64,000 nucleotides of DNA from Sphingomonas sp. (GTDB lineage Bacteria; Pseudomonadota; Alphaproteobacteria; Sphingomonadales; Sphingomonadaceae): positions 18,060 to 82,059 of the forward strand of contig JAYWFN010000283.1 of NCBI GenBank assembly GCA_043778785.1. Direction: 5' to 3'. Position 1 is the stretch's first letter. The number at the start of each line of letters is the position of its first letter. Positions 18,477-27,120 of the stretch are shown one piece after another. Made by a program: the position numbers and the translations under genes. The notes below the pieces were generated by a model, which searched no databases, was not told the origin of the DNA, and saw only the letters and a program-made list of their open reading frames with translations.

Positions 18477-18567
18477 CCGTCTGCCCTGAGCCTGTCGAAG
18501 GGTTGTCTTTTTCCTGTGCCATACCACAGAAGGAAAGACAGGGCTTCGACAAGCTCAGCCCGAACGG
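18477..18567. repeat. Palindromic MITE/REP-like element, family 1, copy 3 (between ctaD stop and ctaB start)
   Basis: CCGTCTGCCCTGAGCCTGTCGAAGGGTTGTCTTTTTCCT ... AGGAAAGACAGGGCTTCGACAAGCTCAGCCCGAACGG. Confidence 0.85.
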
Positions 18568-18589
18568 GTTTGGGTTAATTGTTCAAGCC

Positions 18590-20254
18590 TCAGTCAATCT
18601 TTGGCAGCGTTTCGAACTGGTGATAGGGCGGCGGGCTCGACAGCGTCCATTCGAGCGTTGTCGCACCTTCGCCCCACGGGCTGTCTCCGGCTTTGCGTCC
18701 GGCAAGGAACGCCCAGGCCAGATTGACGAAGAAAATCACCATCGATGCTGCCATGATCACATAGCCGATCGACGCGACATAATTCCACTCATGCAAGGCA
18801 TCGGTGTAATCGGGGATACGCCGCTGCATTCCTTGCAGACCGAGGAAGTGCATCGGGAAGAACAGGACGTTGACGCCCACGAAGAAGGTCCAGAAATGGA
18901 TTTGGCCAAGCGCTTCGTTATACATTCGCCCGCTCATTTTCGGGAACCAGTAATAGAAGCCCGCGAACAGCGAGAACACCGCGCCAAGCGACAGCACATA
19001 ATGGAAATGCGCGACCACATAATAGCTGTTGTGCATGTAGGTATCGATGCCGCCATTGGCGAGAACGACGCCGGTCACACCGCCGACCGTGAACATGAAG
19101 ATGAAGCCCAGCGCCCACATCATCGGCGTCTTGAAGCTGATCGAACCGCCCCACATTGTCGCGATCCAGCTGAAAATCTTGATACCGGTTGGCACCGCGA
19201 TGACCATCGTTGCCGCCGTGAAATACATTTTCACGTTCACGCCGAGGCCGCTGGTAAACATGTGGTGCGCCCAGACGACGAAGCCGACAACGCCAATCGC
19301 GACCATGGCATAGGCCATGCCGAGGTAGCCGAAGACCGGTTTTTTCGAGAAGGTCGAGATGATCTGGCTGACCATGCCGAAGCCCGGCAGGATCATGATG
19401 TAAACCTCGGGGTGGCCGAAGAACCAGAAGAGATGCTGATACAGCAACGGATCGCCGCCGCCCGCCGGATCAAAGAATGTCGTGCCGAAATTGCGGTCGG
19501 TCAGCAGCATCGTGATCGCGGCGGCGAGAACCGGCAGCGAGAGCAGCAGCAGGAACGCGGTCACCAGAATCGACCAGACGAACAACGGCATCTTGTGCAG
19601 TGTCATGCCCGGCGCGCGCATGTTGAAAATCGTCGTGATGAAATTGACTGCGCCGAGAATCGACGACGCACCCGCAAGGTGCAGCGACAGGATCGCCATG
19701 TCGACCGCTGGCCCGGGCGAACCCGTCGTCGACAGCGGGGCATAGACTGTCCAGCCGACGCCCGCGCCATTGCCCGTGCCGCCTGAAAAGAAAGTCGAGC
19801 CGAGAAGCAGGATGAATGACGGCACCAGCAGCCAGAACGAGATATTGTTCATGCGCGGGAATGCCATGTCGGGCGCACCGATCATGATCGGGACAAACCA
19901 GTTGCCGAAACCGCCGATCATCGCGGGCATGACCATGAAGAAGACCATGATCAGGCCGTGCGCCGTGATCAGCACGTTCCACAAATGATAGGCTTCATCG
20001 AGGCTCGCGCCCTCACCAACCCAGCCTTGCAGATATTGAATGCCCGGCGCGGCCAGTTCGAGGCGCATCAGCCCCGAAATCGCGCCGCCGATGATCCCCG
20101 CGACAATGGCGAAGATCAGATAGAGCGTGCCGATGTCCTTGTGATTGGTTGACATGAACCAGCGCGTGAAAAAGCCCATCTTGTGATCTGCATCGTGGTC
20201 GTGACCATGCGCATCGGCCTGAAAAGCGTGGGTGTTGGCGGCAATATCAGTCAT
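18590..20254 (-). CDS. ctaD: Cytochrome c oxidase subunit I (aa3-type)
   Basis: 554 aa. Has [25 protein letters not shown] and HHMF..., the classical subunit I motifs. Confidence 0.97.
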   Translation of the reverse strand: MTDIAANTHAFQADAHGHDHDADHKMGFFTRWFMSTNHKDIGTLYLIFAIVAGIIGGAISGLMRLELAAPGIQYLQGWVGEGASLDEAYHLWNVLITAHGLIMVFFMVMPAMIGGFGNWFVPIMIGAPDMAFPRMNNISFWLLVPSFILLLGSTFFSGGTGNGAGVGWTVYAPLSTTGSPGPAVDMAILSLHLAGASSILGAVNFITTIFNMRAPGMTLHKMPLFVWSILVTAFLLLLSLPVLAAAITMLLTDRNFGTTFFDPAGGGDPLLYQHLFWFFGHPEVYIMILPGFGMVSQIISTFSKKPVFGYLGMAYAMVAIGVVGFVVWAHHMFTSGLGVNVKMYFTAATMVIAVPTGIKIFSWIATMWGGSISFKTPMMWALGFIFMFTVGGVTGVVLANGGIDTYMHNSYYVVAHFHYVLSLGAVFSLFAGFYYWFPKMSGRMYNEALGQIHFWTFFVGVNVLFFPMHFLGLQGMQRRIPDYTDALHEWNYVASIGYVIMAASMVIFFVNLAWAFLAGRKAGDSPWGEGATTLEWTLSSPPPYHQFETLPKID

Positions 20255-20258
20255 GTCT

Positions 20259-21230
20259 TTAGCTCTTTGTCGCGGCGGCGGGGGCCGAGGGAGATGCAGG
20301 GATAACGGCAGCGGCGGCAGCAGGTTTCGCGCCCTTCATCGTGCCGCCTTTCGAAGCGACCCACTGCGCGAATTTCTCTTTCGAAACCGCTTCAACGGTG
20401 ATCGGCATATAGCCGTGGCGCGCCCCGCAAATCTGGTTGCACTGGCCATAATAAACGCCGGGCTTTTCAATGGTGAAGCTGGCTTCATTAATGCGGCCGG
20501 GGACGGCGTCCATCTGCGTCCAGAACGCAGGCAGTGCCCACGCATGGATCACGTCATTCGATGTCGTGAGCAAGCGGATCTGCACGCCGACGGGCAGGAC
20601 GACGCGGTTGTCGGTCGCCAGCAGGCGCGGTTCGCCCCGCTTTTTCGCTTCGGCATCGGGCAGCATGTTGGCGGTGATCTCAAACCCGCCATTGTCGGGA
20701 TATTCGTAACTCCAATACCATTGGTTGCCGATTGCCTTCAGCGTGATCGCATCCTTGCCAACGGGTTTGTATTGCGCGGCAAGCAAGCTGATCGACGGCA
20801 CCGAAATCACGACGAGGATGAGCACGGGGATCAGCGTCCACGCCACTTCGATCGCCGTGTTGTGCGATGTTTTCGACGCAACCGGATTGACCTTGCGGCG
20901 ATAACGGAACGATGCCCAGAACAGCAGGCCGAGGACAAACAGCGAAATCGCGACAATGATCGGCATCAGCAAGGCATCGTGCATCCACAGCGCGTTGCGA
21001 CCGTTCGGCGTGACCTGTCCCTGAATCCCGAGTCCCCCGGGAACCGGCTGACCCACGCCCGCGACAGGCGCCGTTGGCGCCGGTGCGGCAACGGCTGGCG
21101 TCGTCGTCGCGGGTGCGGCGGCAACGGGCGCGATGGTTTCCGTAACGGCGGGCGTGGCTTGCTGTGCCAGTGTTACGGGTGCAACGACCAGTCCCAGTCC
21201 CAGGAAAAAGGTCTTCAAAAACATCTTCAC
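20259..21230 (-). CDS. ctaC: Cytochrome c oxidase subunit II with Ala/Pro-rich N- and C-terminal extensions
   Basis: 323 aa. Has the CuA site [19 protein letters not shown] and a signal peptide followed by a PAxA-rich linker. Confidence 0.92.
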   Translation of the reverse strand: MKMFLKTFFLGLGLVVAPVTLAQQATPAVTETIAPVAAAPATTTPAVAAPAPTAPVAGVGQPVPGGLGIQGQVTPNGRNALWMHDALLMPIIVAISLFVLGLLFWASFRYRRKVNPVASKTSHNTAIEVAWTLIPVLILVVISVPSISLLAAQYKPVGKDAITLKAIGNQWYWSYEYPDNGGFEITANMLPDAEAKKRGEPRLLATDNRVVLPVGVQIRLLTTSNDVIHAWALPAFWTQMDAVPGRINEASFTIEKPGVYYGQCNQICGARHGYMPITVEAVSKEKFAQWVASKGGTMKGAKPAAAAAVIPASPSAPAAATKS

Positions 21231-21406
21231 AGCGTTGCGCCCTCGTTATTTTTGGCAGCGGCGAGCGGCAATACGCCCGATCCGGATGCGCCGCCTATAC
21301 GCCCGCTTTTCCGCGCTCTCAAGTGTTTGATGCAGTGCAACGTGGATCATATTGTGTTGCAGTAAACGCAACCCTATCAGATGACGAAATTCAGGCGGAG
21401 CGTAGA

Positions 21407-21976
21407 ATGACCGACGACGAGGTTTTGGCCGAATTCCGTGCGGCAGAGGCTTTGCTCGAAGGGCATTTCATTCTGTCGTCCGGTCTGCGCAGTTCGCGCT
21501 ACCTGCAATGCGCGCGCGTTCTGATGGATCCCCGGCGCGCCAGCCGCCTTGCCGAAGCGCTCGCTGCAAAAATCGACTTGGAAATCGACATCGTCGTGTC
21601 GCCTGCAATGGGCGGCGTCATCATCGGCCATGAAATGGGCCGCGCCCTCGGCGTCGAGGCACTGTTTCTCGAAAGACCCGAGGGTGTGTTCGAACTGCGG
21701 CGCGGGTTCCGGTTGAAAGCGGGGCAACGCGTCCTGATGGTCGAGGATGTCGTCACGACCGGCCTGTCATCGCGTGAAGCGATTAAAGCGATAACGGCGG
21801 CAGGCGGCACTGTCGTTGCGGCAGCGGCGCTCGTTGATCGGTCGGATGGCGCGGCTGATTTGGGCGTGCCGTTTACGCCGCTGATCCGCCTTTCAGTGCC
21901 CAGCTACGAAGCCGATAAGCTGCCGCCCGAACTCGTAGCGATCCCCGCGATCAAGCCGGGGAGCCGGACGGCATGA
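21407..21976 (+). CDS. pyrE: Orotate phosphoribosyltransferase
   Basis: [39 protein letters not shown] and the PRPP loop [13 protein letters not shown]. The track ORF start (21164) overlaps ctaC and is not credible. Confidence 0.88.
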   Translation: MTDDEVLAEFRAAEALLEGHFILSSGLRSSRYLQCARVLMDPRRASRLAEALAAKIDLEIDIVVSPAMGGVIIGHEMGRALGVEALFLERPEGVFELRRGFRLKAGQRVLMVEDVVTTGLSSREAIKAITAAGGTVVAAAALVDRSDGAADLGVPFTPLIRLSVPSYEADKLPPELVAIPAIKPGSRTA

Positions 21977-22698
21977 CGTTAAGACTCGGCGTCAACATCG
22001 ATCATGTCGCGACCATCCGCAATGCGCGGGGCGGTGATCATCCCGACCCCGTGAAAGCCGCGCTCATCGCGGCAGGGGCAGGTGCAGACGGCATTACCGC
22101 GCACCTACGAGAGGACCGCAGACACATCCGCGACGATGACATTGCTCGCTTGATGGACGAAATCGATCTGCCTTTGAACCTCGAGATGGCGGCAACAGAC
22201 GAGATGCTCGCCATTGCGCTGCGTCATCGTCCCCATGCGTCAATGCTTGTCCCGGAAAAGCGCCAAGAGCGGACGACTGAAGGCGGGCTGGACGCTGCCG
22301 GCCAATTTGATCACCTGAATAAATATGTGGGCGCGTTGCTGGATGTCGGCATTCGTGTCAGCCTGTTCATTGAAGCTGACCCGCGACAGGTCGATGCGGC
22401 GCTTCGCCTTCGTGCGCCTGTCGTCGAGTTTCACACCGGACGATATGCGCATCTCGAAGGACCAGAGCGCGCAACCGAGTTGCATCGGATTGCCGACGCG
22501 GCGGCGCTGTGCGCAAAAAACGGTATCGAACCGCATGCGGGCCACGGCCTGACCTTCGATAATGTCGCGCCCATCGCAGCGATCCCGCAGATTGCCGAAC
22601 TCAACATCGGGCACTTCCTGATCGGCGAAGCGATCTTCATCGGCCTCGACGCAAGCATCCGCGAAATGCGCGCGCGGATGGATGCGGCACGGCAGTAA
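21973..22698 (+). CDS. pdxJ: Pyridoxine 5'-phosphate synthase
   Basis: 241 aa. Has [22 protein letters not shown] and [17 protein letters not shown] overlap with pyrE. Confidence 0.92.
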   Translation: MTLRLGVNIDHVATIRNARGGDHPDPVKAALIAAGAGADGITAHLREDRRHIRDDDIARLMDEIDLPLNLEMAATDEMLAIALRHRPHASMLVPEKRQERTTEGGLDAAGQFDHLNKYVGALLDVGIRVSLFIEADPRQVDAALRLRAPVVEFHTGRYAHLEGPERATELHRIADAAALCAKNGIEPHAGHGLTFDNVAPIAAIPQIAELNIGHFLIGEAIFIGLDASIREMRARMDAARQ

Positions 22699-22717
22699 TC
22701 ACCAGCCTCGGTTGCGA

Positions 22718-24832
22718 TCAGGCCAGTAACCGTAAACTGGGCTCGCGGTCCCAGTATCGCTTTTTTGCTGCATTGATGAATGCATCGCCAAGCGCGGTGA
22801 TGCCGTCGTCAGGCGCGACGCCCGCCTTGTCGAGCAGTGGTTTTGCCGCGTCCGTCGAACCGATTGCTTTCAAATGGCCAAAGGCATTCATGACAAAATC
22901 AATCGCCGCGCTGTCCTTCATCAGCGACGCGGCACCGTCGTCCGACAATATTAACGCCACTGCATCGAACAGTTGCGACGGCGTTCCCGCCAATTGGCCA
23001 TCGGCTTTGCGGACGGACCCGTCCGCCAGTTTCGCGCCACCTACCTTTGGTGCAATCAAGACTGCCGTGCCTTTGGCCTTCTTCACTGCAGCGACCAGGG
23101 CGTCGATTTCCGTGCCGTCCGATCCATCGGCGTAAAGAATGCCGACCGAACGCCCTTCGAGCGTTTCGTGCGCGTTCTTCTGGATCGACAACGCCGGGCT
23201 TGGCGCCATGTCGACGGGTTCGCGCGCGGCCTTGGCTTTGGGAGGAAGGTCGATGCCCAGCCCGGCGGCCACGCGTTTTGCCAACTCCTCATCGACATTG
23301 CGCAAGTTCCCAATCATGCGCGGCGGCACCTGATCGAGTTGTCCCACCTTAGACAGCTCGAACGTGAACGAAGACGCAACATGGGCACGTTCATTGTCGG
23401 ACAGCGAGCGCCAGAACATGCGTGCCTGGCTGTAATGATCAGCGAATAGATCGGCGCGGACTCTCAGCTTCTCGCCTTGCTCATCCGGGCCGGTGGCTGC
23501 GGTTGACGTTGCAAAGCCAGTCATCGGGCATTCGCGCGGACCGCCATCCTCGCCGTGCGCGGCAAGGCTGTTGGGTTCGTAATTCCCGCGCCCTTTCGGC
23601 ACATTCATCTGCATCTGGCCATCACGCTGAAAATTCATCACGGGGCATTTCGGCGCATTGATCGGCAGCTGGTGAAAATTGGCTGTGCCCAGACGCGACT
23701 TCTGCGTGTCGAGATAGGAGAACAGTCGCCCCTGCAGCAGCGGGTCATTCGAGAAATCAATGCCCGGCACGATATTGGTCGGGCAATAGGCCACCTGTTC
23801 GGTTTCGGCGAAGAAGTTATCGGGGTTTCGGTCGAGCACCATCCGGCCGATGATCCGCACCGGGAGGACTTCTTCTGGAATCAATTTGGTCGAATCGAGC
23901 ACATCATAGGGCTGCGCTTCGGCAAATGTCTGATCGAATGTCTGAATGCCGAGCTCCCATTCCGGGAACGCACCAGTGTCGATGGCTTCATGCAAGTCGC
24001 GGCGGTGATAATCATTGTCGGCGGCCTGTAACTTCAGTGCTTCGTCCCACAGCGTCGATTGCACACCGAGCTTGGGTTTCCAGTGAAACTTTACAAATGT
24101 CGTTTTGCCAGCGGCGTTGACAAGCTGGAAGGTATGGATTCCGAAGCCTTCCATCATCCGCAGCGATCGCGGTAGCGTTCGGTCCGACATCGCCCACATC
24201 AGCATATGTGTCGCTTCGGGCATCAGCGACGCCCAGTCCCAGAACGTGTCGTGCGCGCTGCCTGCTTGCGGATAGCCGGTGTTCGCTTCCATCTTGACCG
24301 AATGAATCAGGTCGGGAAACTTGATGGCGTCCTGAATGAAAAATACCGGGATGTTGTTGCCGACCAAATCCCAATTGCCTTCATTGGTATAGAATTTAAC
24401 GGCAAAGCCGCGCACGTCGCGCGGCGTGTCCACCGATCCGGCGCCCCCGGCCACTGTTGAAAATCGCGTAAACACGGGGGTTTTTGTGCCCTTCGTGAAC
24501 AGCGCTGCTTTGGTCAGGTCGGAAATGTCGTCGGTCGCCTCGAAATAGCCATGCGCTGCCGATCCGCGCGCGTGGACAATGCGCTCGGGAATGCGCTCGT
24601 GATCGAAGTGAAATATCTTTTCACGCAGAACAAAATCCTCGAGCAGCGACGGTCCGCGCGCGCCGGATTTCAAGCTGTTCTGATTATCGGAAATACGCAG
24701 GCCGTGGTTCGTCGTCAGATGCGTTTCGGCAGCGTCGTGATTGCCGTCTTTTGCAACCTGCTGATGCGTTTCGCCACCACTGCCGGTGATATGCGCTGGA
24801 ACGTCGTTGGCTGTCGTCGGTTTATGCGCCAT
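22718..24832 (-). CDS. katE: Large-subunit (HPII-type) monofunctional catalase
   Basis: [23 protein letters not shown], the heme-catalase core, and a ~150-aa C-terminal flavodoxin/DJ-1-like domain. I chose the start at MAHKPTT (24832), preceded by AAAGGAG. Confidence 0.92.
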   Translation of the reverse strand: MAHKPTTANDVPAHITGSGGETHQQVAKDGNHDAAETHLTTNHGLRISDNQNSLKSGARGPSLLEDFVLREKIFHFDHERIPERIVHARGSAAHGYFEATDDISDLTKAALFTKGTKTPVFTRFSTVAGGAGSVDTPRDVRGFAVKFYTNEGNWDLVGNNIPVFFIQDAIKFPDLIHSVKMEANTGYPQAGSAHDTFWDWASLMPEATHMLMWAMSDRTLPRSLRMMEGFGIHTFQLVNAAGKTTFVKFHWKPKLGVQSTLWDEALKLQAADNDYHRRDLHEAIDTGAFPEWELGIQTFDQTFAEAQPYDVLDSTKLIPEEVLPVRIIGRMVLDRNPDNFFAETEQVAYCPTNIVPGIDFSNDPLLQGRLFSYLDTQKSRLGTANFHQLPINAPKCPVMNFQRDGQMQMNVPKGRGNYEPNSLAAHGEDGGPRECPMTGFATSTAATGPDEQGEKLRVRADLFADHYSQARMFWRSLSDNERAHVASSFTFELSKVGQLDQVPPRMIGNLRNVDEELAKRVAAGLGIDLPPKAKAAREPVDMAPSPALSIQKNAHETLEGRSVGILYADGSDGTEIDALVAAVKKAKGTAVLIAPKVGGAKLADGSVRKADGQLAGTPSQLFDAVALILSDDGAASLMKDSAAIDFVMNAFGHLKAIGSTDAAKPLLDKAGVAPDDGITALGDAFINAAKKRYWDREPSLRLLA

Positions 24833-24872
24833 TACATCGGCTCCTTTCAGGAAAAATGCCCGTCGGAATGGC

Positions 24873-24897
24873 AACCGCTTCCCATAATCAATGTTCC
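24873..24897 (-). promoter_or_regulatory. Candidate EcfG-type (general stress ECF sigma) promoter upstream of katE
   Basis: The minus strand reads GGAAC-attgattatgggaagcg-GTT, i.e. GGAAC-N17-GTT. The alphaproteobacterial EcfG/SigT consensus as I recall it is GGAAC-N16-17-(C)GTT. The site ends about 40 nt upstream of the chosen katE ATG. Confidence 0.4.
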
Positions 24898-24947
24898 GTC
24901 AGTGCGCTGGCGTCCCGGCGGAATGATCAGCAACAGGGATAAACCAC

Positions 24948-26432
24948 ATGTCATCACGCGCACCGCTGGTTCTAGGAAAAAATTGCTGGCGCATCGAGCG
25001 GGCGACCCGCGTCTCGATCATCATCGATGCCGATGCGTATTTTAGCATCGCGCGTTCGGCAATGCTCAAAGCAAAGCATCGCATAATGCTTGTCGGGTGG
25101 GATTTCGATGCGCGGATCAAACTGGGTGACAGCGGCAACGACGATGGCCCCGAAACGGTCGGCGAATTCATTTACTGGCTCGTCGAGCGCACCCCGGGAT
25201 TGGAGGTGTTCCTGTTACGGTGGGACGTCGGCGCGCTTAAATCGCTCACGCGGGGTTCGACGATCTTTACGGTGCTCAAGTGGATGCGGCACCCGCGGAT
25301 TCATACCAAACTCGACAGTTCGCATCCGACCGGCGCGTCGCATCATCAAAAGATCGTTTCGATCGATGACTGCTTTGCCTTTTGTGGTGGTATCGACATG
25401 ACCGGCGACCGTTGGGACACACGGCAACATCTTGATGACGACCCCGGGCGCACATCGCCCAATGGTAAAGCCTATGATCCCTGGCATGATGCAACCAGCG
25501 CATTGCAAGGACCTGTCGCTGCCGCGCTTGGCGATTTATGTCGCGACCGATGGGCGCGTGCCGGCTGTGCACCGCTTGCGCCGGTGGAGGGTGTTACGGA
25601 TTGTTGGCCGGACGACCTGATCGCGGATTTCGAGGATGTCGATGTCGCGATCGCGCGTGCCGAACCGGCGATGGGCGATCATCCCGCGTCACTCGAAATC
25701 GAGCAGCTATATCTGGATCAGATCGCGCGCGCGAAACGGTTCATTTATGCCGAGAGCCAGTATTTTGCTTCGCGCCGGATCGCCGAAGCAATGGCACGGC
25801 GTCTCGATGAAGCCGACGGCCCCGAAATTGTCGTGATAAACCCGCTCACGGCCAATGGCTGGCTTGAACCCTTGGCGATGGACACAGCGCGGGCGCGCCT
25901 TCACGAAACACTGTGTCGACACGACAAGCATGGTCGTTTTCGTATTTACCATCCATTTACCGACGGCGGGACCGCGATTTATGTCCACGCGAAAATCCTG
26001 ATCATCGACGACGATATCCTGCGTGTCGGCTCGTCGAACATGAACAACCGCTCGATGCGGCTCGACACCGAATGCGATATCACCATCGATGGCTCGCATG
26101 GCGATAACAACGTGCGGGTGGGCAAGATACGAGCGATACGTGACGGCCTCATTGCCGAACATCTGGGAGTTGAGCCTGAAAGCGTCGGCGCGAAGATCGA
26201 CTCAACGGGCTCTTTGATACGCGCGATCGACGAACTGAGCGGGCGCACGCAACGCCTGCGTCGCTATGAAACCCCTGACCTTTCGGCGGTCGAGGCCTGG
26301 CTGGCCGAAAATGAAGTGCTCGACCCGGAAAGTCCGGACGAAATGTTTGAGTCGGTTACAAACGCGGGGTTGTTTCGTGGTTTCCTGCAGAAGCAAAAGC
26401 ACGGCCGAGGCGCGGACACACTATCAAAATAG
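24948..26432 (+). CDS. Phospholipase D / cardiolipin synthase-like protein with two HKD motifs
   Basis: 494 aa. The first HKD is SHHQKIVSIDD; the second is VHAKILIIDDDILRVGSSNMNNRS. Confidence 0.85.
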   Translation: MSSRAPLVLGKNCWRIERATRVSIIIDADAYFSIARSAMLKAKHRIMLVGWDFDARIKLGDSGNDDGPETVGEFIYWLVERTPGLEVFLLRWDVGALKSLTRGSTIFTVLKWMRHPRIHTKLDSSHPTGASHHQKIVSIDDCFAFCGGIDMTGDRWDTRQHLDDDPGRTSPNGKAYDPWHDATSALQGPVAAALGDLCRDRWARAGCAPLAPVEGVTDCWPDDLIADFEDVDVAIARAEPAMGDHPASLEIEQLYLDQIARAKRFIYAESQYFASRRIAEAMARRLDEADGPEIVVINPLTANGWLEPLAMDTARARLHETLCRHDKHGRFRIYHPFTDGGTAIYVHAKILIIDDDILRVGSSNMNNRSMRLDTECDITIDGSHGDNNVRVGKIRAIRDGLIAEHLGVEPESVGAKIDSTGSLIRAIDELSGRTQRLRRYETPDLSAVEAWLAENEVLDPESPDEMFESVTNAGLFRGFLQKQKHGRGADTLSK

Positions 26433-26566
26433 CGGTGAACGCGGCGTGGCAAATCGACCAAACATTCAAACCGAACATTTCGTCGCTTTCGTGCAGTAGC
26501 GATGGCACAAACCGGCCAATATCTTGTTCTCCTCGGCTCTTCACCAGCAGAGCAGAGGAAGTGAAT

Positions 26567-27025
26567 ATGACCGATACCAGTTATGACATTCGTACACTGA
26601 ACGGCCTCATCAAGACGACAATCGACAGCGTCGATGGCTATCGCGCGGCAGCCGAGGATAGTGAAGCGGGACGCTTTGCATCGTTGTTCAACGAGCGCGC
26701 GAACGAGCGCGCCACAGTTGCCGAAAAGCTAAAGTCAGAGGTCGCTCGGTTGGGCGGTAACCCCGAAGATGATGGCTCGTTGCTGGCCGGCGCACACCGG
26801 GCCTTCATGGGCCTAAAGGAAATCGTGACCGGTAAAGACGAGCAGGCCATCGTCAACGAGGTCGAACGCGGCGAAGATGTGATCAAGGCGCGTTACGAAA
26901 AAGCGATGGCAGATGAAGATGTCTCGCCGACCGTCAAAACGCTTATCGCAGATTGCTATACGTCGGTGAAGCAAGGGCATGATCAGATGCGCGATCTGAA
27001 GCACAGCATGCAAGCCGCTTCGTAA
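26567..27025 (+). CDS. PA2169/DUF2383 family four-helix-bundle (ferritin-like) protein
   Basis: MTDTSYDIRTLNGLIKTTIDSVDGYRAAAE ... VERGEDVIKARYEKAM. The ATG at 26567 is preceded by AGAGGAAG; the track ORF start (26435) is over-extended. Confidence 0.75.
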   Translation: MTDTSYDIRTLNGLIKTTIDSVDGYRAAAEDSEAGRFASLFNERANERATVAEKLKSEVARLGGNPEDDGSLLAGAHRAFMGLKEIVTGKDEQAIVNEVERGEDVIKARYEKAMADEDVSPTVKTLIADCYTSVKQGHDQMRDLKHSMQAAS

Positions 27026-27030
27026 ATATC

Positions 27031-27065
27031 AAGCGGGGCGCTCCATTCGGGGTGCCCCGCTTTCG
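27031..27065. terminator. Hairpin terminator between convergent genes (possibly bidirectional)
   Basis: A ~14-bp stem (including two G-U pairs) with an ATTC loop pairs 27031-27044 with 27049-27062. The core is AAGCGGGGC paired with GCCCCGCTT, followed by T then CGG. It starts 6 nt after the DUF2383 stop. Confidence 0.6.
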
Positions 27066-27120
27066 GCTCAACCTCGCAAGTCAATTGTGTCGGGTGCGCG
27101 GGCCGTCCAGATTGATATGA

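Noticed and set aside
18457-18552. Upstream extension of ctaB ([32 protein letters not shown])
   Set aside because: The extension is encoded by repeat copy 3. The conserved CtaB sequence starts at the ATG at 18456.
18251-19786. 511-aa ORF on the plus strand, the longest 'novel' ORF in this part of the track
   Set aside because: It lies entirely antisense to the unmistakable ctaD gene. Its translation is Arg/His/Asp-rich low-complexity sequence typical of antisense frames in high-GC DNA.
24948-26432. PLD-family protein considered as a defence nuclease (Nuc/BfiI-like HKD)
   Set aside because: It has two HKD motifs in a ~490-aa cardiolipin-synthase/PLD-like layout and native GC content. It sits in a stress-gene context beside katE, with no companion defence genes.
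26503-26520. TGGCAC upstream of the DUF2383 gene, reminiscent of a sigma-54 -24 box
   Set aside because: The required -12 element (TTGC, 5 nt downstream) is absent; the sequence is TGGCACaaaccGGCC. An EcfG-like reading of the same region is more consistent with the gene's family, though still weak.
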